Shown here one piece after another: positions 26,371 to 32,000 of a stretch of DNA of 32,000 nt; within the stretch, counting starts at the first letter, position 1, and each line of letters starts with the position of its first letter. Both the position numbers and the translations under genes were made by a program. Source of the DNA: Gemmata obscuriglobus (lineage in GTDB: Bacteria; Planctomycetota; Planctomycetia; Gemmatales; Gemmataceae). The DNA is taken from the NCBI RefSeq assembly GCF_008065095.1, contig NZ_CP042911.1, positions 3,540,001 through 3,572,000 on the forward strand, in the 5' to 3' direction. The notes under the pieces are model-generated. The model searched no databases. It saw only the letters and a program-made list of their open reading frames with translations, and was not told where the DNA came from.

Positions 26371-26835
26371 TCACGCCCTTACGGCCGCAACGACCGCCTT
26401 CACGTCGTCCGGGTTCGCCGTTGCCCCCTGAGCCTTGAGAGCCTTCATCGCAACGCCCAGGGCCTGCCCCTCGTTCTTGGCCGCCCGTAGGTCATCCCGT
26501 ATCGAGACGAGGGCGGCGGCGATCGCCTCCTGCCCCCACGCCTTGGGGAGCAACGATTCGAGCAGGGCAAGTTCGGCTTCCCTCTGGGTCGTGTCCCGGC
26601 CGGCGTTTTTAGCCAGCGGAATCGTCTCCTTCAGCCCCGTCACCGTCTTCCGGACGACGCCGAGGACGACCTCATCGGTGGCCTCCACCTTGCGGCGCAC
26701 GGCCTCGGCCTGGGCCTCGCCCAGAACGGTCCGCAAGGCGTCGCGGGTCAGCGCGTCACCGCTTTTGACGGCGGCGGTGACCCGGGCTTTGAGTTCGTCA
26801 TGCAGGCTCACGTCCGTCTCCTGTTCTTCGGGCAC
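26371..26835 (-). CDS. yqeY: GatB/YqeY domain-containing protein
   Basis: LHDELKARVTAAVKSGDALTRDALRTVLGEAQ...REAELALLESLLPKAW...AIAAAL...GQALGVAMKALKAQGATANPDDVKAVV follows the YqeY pattern. The start is ATG 26835 or GTG 26811. Confidence 0.8.
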   Translation of the reverse strand: MPEEQETDVSLHDELKARVTAAVKSGDALTRDALRTVLGEAQAEAVRRKVEATDEVVLGVVRKTVTGLKETIPLAKNAGRDTTQREAELALLESLLPKAWGQEAIAAALVSIRDDLRAAKNEGQALGVAMKALKAQGATANPDDVKAVVAAVRA

Positions 26836-27397
26836 ACAACTCGTCCGACACGCACCACGGGAACGGAGCGACGCACGCTGAAGCGGGTTCGGGGGCCAGT
26901 CTCGCCCGTGTCGCCTCGAACGAACTGGTCCAATGGTCCCGCTCCGTCCATCGCCCGCATCAAATGTTGTAACGCGGCGGGCGTTTGCCGCAACAACCGC
27001 GAGGCCGCGCCCGCGCTCCGTTCCACTCGTTTATTTCGGTGTCGGACCCGACTCGCCATGACCCCGGGCGGGGGTGTTGAACTCTCGAAGGTGGGACCTG
27101 CCCACCTCCTGCAGATGACAGTTTACGGCGACGAAGACTCGCCCCCAACGTTTCGCTCGCCGGGTCGATCATTCGTCGTTCGGCTCGCCGCACTAAATCC
27201 AGTCGTTTCAAGCTCCCACCCCCCAGTTCCAAGTTCATTCTGCGGCGGTGAGCTGTAGGCACGACTTCAACGTGCGGAAGAACGCTCCGTTCCTGTTCGC
27301 ACTGCCGCTCCTCCGCTGAGGCCGGTCCGCACCAACGGCACGGGGTTCGCGACAGGCGGCGGCGGACAACCTTGCTTCATCGCCCCGGAGAACTGCA

Positions 27398-27733
27398 ATG
27401 CGCGTGGAAATCAGCACCGACACCCGCACCACCGTGGACACTGCGGCCGTGACCGCTGAGATCGAGAACGGGCTCTCCCGCTTCCGGGACCGCCTCACCA
27501 CGGTTGAAGTCCACTTGAGCGACGTGAACGGACCGAAGGGCGGTCCCGATTGCCGGTGCGCCCTGGAAGCGCGGGCCGCTGGGCGGCAACCGGTGGCGGT
27601 CACCAACGAGGCCGGTGCGCCGGAGGATGCGGTCGCCGGTGCGGTCGACAAGATGGGGCGGGTGCTGGACTCCGCCTTCGGGCGGCTCGACGGCGTGAAG
27701 GGAAACACGTCGGCGAGCGGGCTCCCGACCTGA
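27398..27733 (+). CDS. Short HPF/RaiA-family ribosome-associated protein
   Basis: GGAG 7 nt upstream of ATG 27398. MRVEISTDTR...LSRFRDRLTTVEVHLSDVNGPKGGPDCRCALEARAAGRQPVAVTNEAGAPEDAVAGAVDKMGRVLDSAFGRL matches the ~110-aa S30AE/HPF-like family. Confidence 0.75.
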   Translation: MRVEISTDTRTTVDTAAVTAEIENGLSRFRDRLTTVEVHLSDVNGPKGGPDCRCALEARAAGRQPVAVTNEAGAPEDAVAGAVDKMGRVLDSAFGRLDGVKGNTSASGLPT

Positions 27734-27742
27734 CGTCCGCGC

Positions 27743-29164
27743 TCACCCGGTCGCGCCCGGTCGCCCAGAAGTTGCTCCCGCTTGAGCTTCCCCGTCGGCG
27801 TTTTCCGCGGGGAGAGCCCCGTCGGCCGTCTGACACGTTCGGTCGGTCCTCCGCGCGTCGTGCCGGGCGTCCGTGCTGACGCTCGTCAGCTCCCCGGTGA
27901 TGAGCCGCGCGGCCCGGTTCCGGCTGACGTAGTTCCACGCCCACTGGACGAGGACCAGCACGCGGTTCTCGAACCGGGCCAGGTACAGGATGTGGACGAA
28001 CAGCCACGTCAGCCACGCCGGCTTCCCGCCGAACCGCACCCACCCGAGGTCGACCACCGCCTGCGACCGGCTGACCGTCGCCATGCTCCCCTTGTCCCGG
28101 TAGCGGAACGCGCCCGGGGGCGGCAGTGCCCGCGCCCGCCGGTCGATCGCGTCGGCGACGTACCGCCCCTGTTGCATGGCCACCGGGGCCACCCCGGGCA
28201 GCGGCTTCCCGTCCTCCCCGCGGAACGTCGCACAATCGCCGATCACAAACAGCCACGGGTGGCCAGAAACTGTGCAGTCGGCGGCCACGGAGAGGTGCCC
28301 GGACGAGTCGGCCTCCACCCCGAGCCGGGCCGCCAGCCGGCTGAGCAGCGGCGACGCCTTCACCCCGGCCGCCCAGATCACCGTTTCCGTATCGATCCGC
28401 CGGGTCGAGCCGTCGGGCTTGGCGGTGACGACCACGTGGTCCGGGGCGACGGCCGTCACCCGGCTGTCGTTGATCACCTCGATCCCGAGCCGGTCCAGCG
28501 CCGCCGCCGCCTTCCGCGACAGGTCCTCGTGGAACCCGGCCAGCACCCGCGGCTGGCTCTCGACCACGACCACCCGGGCGTCGGCCGGGTCGAAGAACCG
28601 GAAGTCCCGGCGGAGCGTGTGGCGCGCCAGCTCCCGCACCGACCCGGCCATCTCCACCCCGGTCGGGCCGCCGCCGACGACCACGAACGTGAGCAGCCGC
28701 TTGCGGGCCTCGGGGGGCGCCCGCTCGGCCCGCTCGAACGCCGACAACAACTTGCGGCGGATCTCGGTCGCGTCCTCGACCGTCTTCAGCCCGGGGGCAA
28801 TCGGCTCCCAGTCGGCGTCGTGGCCGAAGTAGTGGTGGGTCGCACCGGCCGCCACCACCAGCGTGTCGAACGGCACCCGGTCCCCGTCGGCCAGCACCAC
28901 CGCGCGGGCGGCCGGGTCGATGTCGCTCACCTCGCCGAGCAGCACGACCGCGTTCCGCTGCCGACCGAGCACGCCGCGGAGCGGGGCGGCGATGTTGGCG
29001 GCGGACAGCGCGCCGGTGGCCACCTGGTACAGGAGCGGCTGAAACAGGTGAAAGTTCCGCCGGTCGATGAGGGTGACATCGACCGGGCTGCGGCGGAGCC
29101 CCTGGGCGCAGTACAGCCCTGCGAACCCGCCGCCGACGATCACCACTTTGTTCCGGTGTGCCAC
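27743..29164 (-). CDS. ndh: Type II NADH:quinone oxidoreductase (NDH-2) / FAD-dependent pyridine nucleotide-disulfide oxidoreductase
   Basis: Start trimmed to GTG 29164, preceded by GGAGGAGG (29170-29177 on the - strand) with a 5-nt spacer. KVVIVGGGFAGL...RRNFHLFQPLLYQVATG...FVVVGGGPTGVEMAG...VIGDCA are the two Rossmann dinucleotide-binding motifs of NDH-2. Confidence 0.85.
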   Translation of the reverse strand: MAHRNKVVIVGGGFAGLYCAQGLRRSPVDVTLIDRRNFHLFQPLLYQVATGALSAANIAAPLRGVLGRQRNAVVLLGEVSDIDPAARAVVLADGDRVPFDTLVVAAGATHHYFGHDADWEPIAPGLKTVEDATEIRRKLLSAFERAERAPPEARKRLLTFVVVGGGPTGVEMAGSVRELARHTLRRDFRFFDPADARVVVVESQPRVLAGFHEDLSRKAAAALDRLGIEVINDSRVTAVAPDHVVVTAKPDGSTRRIDTETVIWAAGVKASPLLSRLAARLGVEADSSGHLSVAADCTVSGHPWLFVIGDCATFRGEDGKPLPGVAPVAMQQGRYVADAIDRRARALPPPGAFRYRDKGSMATVSRSQAVVDLGWVRFGGKPAWLTWLFVHILYLARFENRVLVLVQWAWNYVSRNRAARLITGELTSVSTDARHDARRTDRTCQTADGALPAENADGEAQAGATSGRPGATG

Positions 29165-29264
29165 GTGAGCCTCCTCCAGTGTTGGGTCAGCTCCCACCGA
29201 AAGCACCTCGCGCGCCGGCCTGGCGTTTGCTTCGAGCCGCCACACGCCACCACAAGGAGGTCGC

Positions 29265-31055
29265 ATGACGACTCACCGGATCGAAGATTACGCGCTCATC
29301 GGCGACTGCCACACCGCCGCCCTGGTCGGGCGGGACGGGTCGCTCGACTGGCTCTGCCTCCCGCGGTTCGACTCTCCGGCCTGCTTCGCCGCGCTGCTCG
29401 GGACCGCCGACCACGGCCGGTGGACGGTCGCGCCGGCCGAGGACGTGATGCGGGTGAGTCGGACCTACCGCGGCGACTCGCTGGTGCTGGAGACGACGTT
29501 CACGACCCCCGGCGGCGAGGTGACGGTGGTCGACTGCATGCCCGTCCGCACCGCTCAGCCGGACGTGGTGCGGCTGGTGATCGGGCGGCGGGGGGTGGTG
29601 CGGATGCGGACCCACTTCGCCCCCCGGCTCGACTACGGCAGCCTGGCCCCGTGGGTGCGCCCCGAGGGCGGCGGGGTGGTCGCCGTCGGCGGCCCGGAAG
29701 CGCTGCACCTGCGCGCCCCGGTCCCGCTGCGGATCGACGGGTGGGCCGCGGCGGCCGAGTTCGAGGTGCGGGCCGGTGAGGAGGTGCCGTTCGTCCTGAC
29801 GTGGCACCCGTCGCACACGCCGCTGCACCCGCCGATCGACGCCCGGGCGGCCGTGAACGGGACGGCGGCGTGGTGGCAGGCGTGGGCCGACCGCTGCACC
29901 TACGAGGGCGAGTACCGCGACGCCGTGGTCCGCTCGCTGGTGACGCTCAAGGCCCTGACCTACGCCCCGACCGGCGGGATCGTCGCTGCGCCCACCACGT
30001 CCCTGCCGGAGCACATCGGTGGGGTGCGGAACTGGGACTACCGGTACTGCTGGCTGCGGGACGCCACGTTCACCCTCGCCGCCCTCCTCCAGAGCGGGTA
30101 CGCGGACGAGGCGAAGGCGTGGCGGGAGTGGCTGCTGCGGGCCGTCGCGGGCAAGGGCGCGGACCTGCGCATCATGTACGGGGTGGGCGGCGAGCGGCGG
30201 CTGCCGGAGACGGAACTGCCGTGGCTGCCGGGGTACGAGGGGTCCCAACCGGTGCGGGTCGGGAACGGGGCCTACGACCAGTTCCAGCTCGACGTGTTCG
30301 GGGAGACGCTCGACTGCCTGCACCTGGCCCGGCACTACGGGCTGTCGGCCGCGGCCGACGACTGGCGGGTCGAGCGGGAGCTGCTCGGGCGGCTGGAAGA
30401 CGTTTGGCGGGAGCCGGACGAGGGCATCTGGGAGGTGCGGGGGCCGGCCCGGCACTTCACCCACTCGAAGGTGATGGCGTGGGTGGCGTTCGACCGGGCG
30501 GTCAAGGACGTCGAGCGGTTCGGGCTGGGCGGCCCCGTGGACCGCTGGCGGGCGCTGCGGGACGGGCTGCACGCGGAGGTGTGCGCCCGCGGGTTCAGCC
30601 GGGAGCGGAACGCGTTCACCCAGTTCTACGGGAGCACCGAGGTCGATGCCGCGGTGCTGGTCATGGCCGAGGTCGGGTTCCTGCCGCCGACCGACCCGCG
30701 CCTGGTCGGCACCGTCGCGGCCGTCGAGAGCGATCTGGTCCGCGACGGTTTCGTGGACCGGTACCGCACCGAGAGCGGGGTGGACGGACTGCCCAAGGGT
30801 GAGGGGGCGTTCCTCCTGTGTACCTTCTGGCTGGCCGACAACTACGCCCTCATGGGCCGGACGGAGGACGCCCGGCGCGTACTGGAGCGGGTGCTGGCGG
30901 TGCGCAACGACGTGGGGCTGTTGGCCGAGGAGTACGACCCGGTCGCCCGCCGCCAGCTCGGCAACTTCCCGCAGGCGTTCTCGCACCTGGGGCTGGTCAA
31001 CACGGCCCGCAACCTGACCCAGCGGGAGAAGCCGGCACAGGTGCGGACGGCGTAG
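29265..31055 (+). CDS. Glycoside hydrolase family 15 protein (glucoamylase/trehalase-like)
   Basis: AAGGAGG (29254-29260) 4 nt before ATG 29265. IEDYALIGDCHTAALVGRDGSLDWLCLPRFDSPACFAALLG, SLPEHIGGVRNWDYRYCWLRDA and LGNFPQAFSHLGLVNTA are characteristic GH15 blocks. Confidence 0.9.
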   Translation: MTTHRIEDYALIGDCHTAALVGRDGSLDWLCLPRFDSPACFAALLGTADHGRWTVAPAEDVMRVSRTYRGDSLVLETTFTTPGGEVTVVDCMPVRTAQPDVVRLVIGRRGVVRMRTHFAPRLDYGSLAPWVRPEGGGVVAVGGPEALHLRAPVPLRIDGWAAAAEFEVRAGEEVPFVLTWHPSHTPLHPPIDARAAVNGTAAWWQAWADRCTYEGEYRDAVVRSLVTLKALTYAPTGGIVAAPTTSLPEHIGGVRNWDYRYCWLRDATFTLAALLQSGYADEAKAWREWLLRAVAGKGADLRIMYGVGGERRLPETELPWLPGYEGSQPVRVGNGAYDQFQLDVFGETLDCLHLARHYGLSAAADDWRVERELLGRLEDVWREPDEGIWEVRGPARHFTHSKVMAWVAFDRAVKDVERFGLGGPVDRWRALRDGLHAEVCARGFSRERNAFTQFYGSTEVDAAVLVMAEVGFLPPTDPRLVGTVAAVESDLVRDGFVDRYRTESGVDGLPKGEGAFLLCTFWLADNYALMGRTEDARRVLERVLAVRNDVGLLAEEYDPVARRQLGNFPQAFSHLGLVNTARNLTQREKPAQVRTA

Positions 31056-31545
31056 CTGGCGCCCCCAGCTTGGCCCGGATGTCGGCCGCGATCCGGTCCG
31101 GGGGCGGGGCGGCGTCCACCGTCACCTCCCCGACCGGCGGCTCCATCGCTTCGAGCTGGCTCCGCAGCATGTTGGCACCCATGAAGTGCCCCTTCCGGCT
31201 CTCCAGCCGCTCGCGGAAGAGGGCCTCCGACCCGTGCAGGTACACGTACCGGACGCACGCCGGGTCGTCGCGCTCGAGATAATCCCGGTACTCGTGCTTC
31301 AGCGCCGAGCACGCCACCACGATGTTCTCGTCGGTCGCGCACGCCGCGTCGATCCGCTGCCGCAGGGCCTTCAGCCACGGCCTCCGGTCGGCGTCGGTGA
31401 GCGGGGTGCCGCCCGCCATTTTCGCGACGTTCTCCGGCGGGTGGTAGTCGTCCCCCTCGACGAACTTCCACCCCAGGTCGGCGGCCAACTGCTTCCCGAC
31501 CGTCGTCTTGCCCGAGCCGGAAACGCCCATCAGTACGATCACCAT
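30997..31545 (-). CDS. gntK: Gluconokinase
   Basis: MVIVLMGVSGSGKTTVGKQLAADLGWKFVEGDDYHPPENVAKMAGGTPLTDADRRPWL...VVACSALKHEYRD is the GntK/IdnK P-loop family pattern. The Pro/Ala-rich C-terminal tail overlaps the 3' end of the convergent GH15 gene by 59 nt. Confidence 0.85.
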   Translation of the reverse strand: MVIVLMGVSGSGKTTVGKQLAADLGWKFVEGDDYHPPENVAKMAGGTPLTDADRRPWLKALRQRIDAACATDENIVVACSALKHEYRDYLERDDPACVRYVYLHGSEALFRERLESRKGHFMGANMLRSQLEAMEPPVGEVTVDAAPPPDRIAADIRAKLGAPATPSAPVPASPAGSGCGPC

Positions 31546-31556
31546 GTGGACCTCCG

Positions 31557-32000
31557 TCAGTGCGCCGCTGTGGCCACCAAATCGCGCTCCGCCGGCTCAC
31601 CCGCCCGCTCACGCGACCACCGATCGGCCAGGAAGAACGCGACCGGGTTGAGGGTGATGGACAGCAGCGCCCCGGCCACGATCAGGCTCTGCCCTTCGGG
31701 CGGGAGCAGCTCCAGGGCGATCCCCAGCCCGGCCAGGATGAACGAGAACTCGCCGATCTGGGCCAGCGCCGCCGAGACGCTCAGCGCGGTCTGCCGCGCT
31801 CCGCCGAGCCCCAGCACGATGCCGACCGCCGCCAGCGACTTGCCGACGACGATGATGCCGAGCACGGCCAGCACCCGGAGCGGCTGCTCGACCAGCACCC
31901 GCGGGTCGAACAGCATGCCGACGGACACGAAGAACAGCACCGCGAACACGTCCTCCAGCGGCTGCAACTTGTCCACCGCCTTGTGCCCGACTTCCGAGGC
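31557..32000 (-). CDS. Cation:proton antiporter (CPA2 / Kef-type membrane domain), C-terminal part; the gene continues beyond the right edge
   Basis: LFFVSVGMLFDPRVLVEQPLRVLAVLGIIVVGKSLAA...SAALAQIGEFSFILAGLG is typical of Na+/H+-exchanger-family helices. It stops at 31557, 12 nt upstream of the gntK start. No RCK/TrkA-N tail. Confidence 0.8.
   Translation of the reverse strand, partial: ASEVGHKAVDKLQPLEDVFAVLFFVSVGMLFDPRVLVEQPLRVLAVLGIIVVGKSLAAVGIVLGLGGARQTALSVSAALAQIGEFSFILAGLGIALELLPPEGQSLIVAGALLSITLNPVAFFLADRWSRERAGEPAERDLVATAAH

Noticed and set aside
27782-30986. 665-aa (+) and 599-aa (-) ORFs antisense to ndh and the GH15 gene
   Set aside because: These are shadow frames of genes with strong family signatures and good Shine-Dalgarno sequences. 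The composition is again Arg/Pro/Gly/Val-biased.

Overview
High-GC (roughly two-thirds G+C by eye) bacterial chromosomal segment. The gene content points to Planctomycetota, probably Gemmataceae: a TIGR02996-type 'Gemmata repeat-companion' N-terminal domain, a DUF1592-family/DUF1552 gene pair with CXXCH motifs and a Tat signal, an ECF sigma factor with a long membrane-anchored extension, giant multi-PAS sensor kinases and a eukaryote-like Ser/Thr kinase. I can support about 20 protein-coding genes and found no rRNA, tRNA or CRISPR array. The left part (1-13.5 kb) and right part (20.3-32 kb) look like ordinary core and regulatory genes: M20 peptidase, SnoaL-like protein, ECF sigma, TIM-barrel isomerase, two sensor kinases, DUF1592/DUF1552, YqeY, HPF/RaiA, NDH-2, GH15, gluconokinase and a cation antiporter. 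The middle (13.7-20.3 kb) looks more accessory. It holds a solitary TIGR02996 protein and a small orphan gene with a textbook terminator. These are followed by a Ser/Thr kinase with an anti-sigma-like zinc finger and a lower-GC ectodomain. Then come an AT-rich spacer, a Cys/Pro/Gly-rich orphan ORF with atypical codon usage, and a three-domain GT25-like/SAM-methyltransferase/GT32-like fusion enzyme. The block ends in a 129-bp x2 tandem repeat capped by an inverted partial copy (MITE/REP-like). Other observations worth a second look are an in-frame TAG splitting an otherwise intact M20 peptidase, a tandemly duplicated GspG-like ORF, and a hairpin overlapping the ECF sigma ribosome-binding site. 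I see no convincing known defence, toxin-antitoxin or mobile-element gene. The best candidate for something undescribed is the kinase / orphan protein / tri-domain glycosyltransferase block, and its function is inference only. All family assignments come from motif recognition by eye, not database searches.
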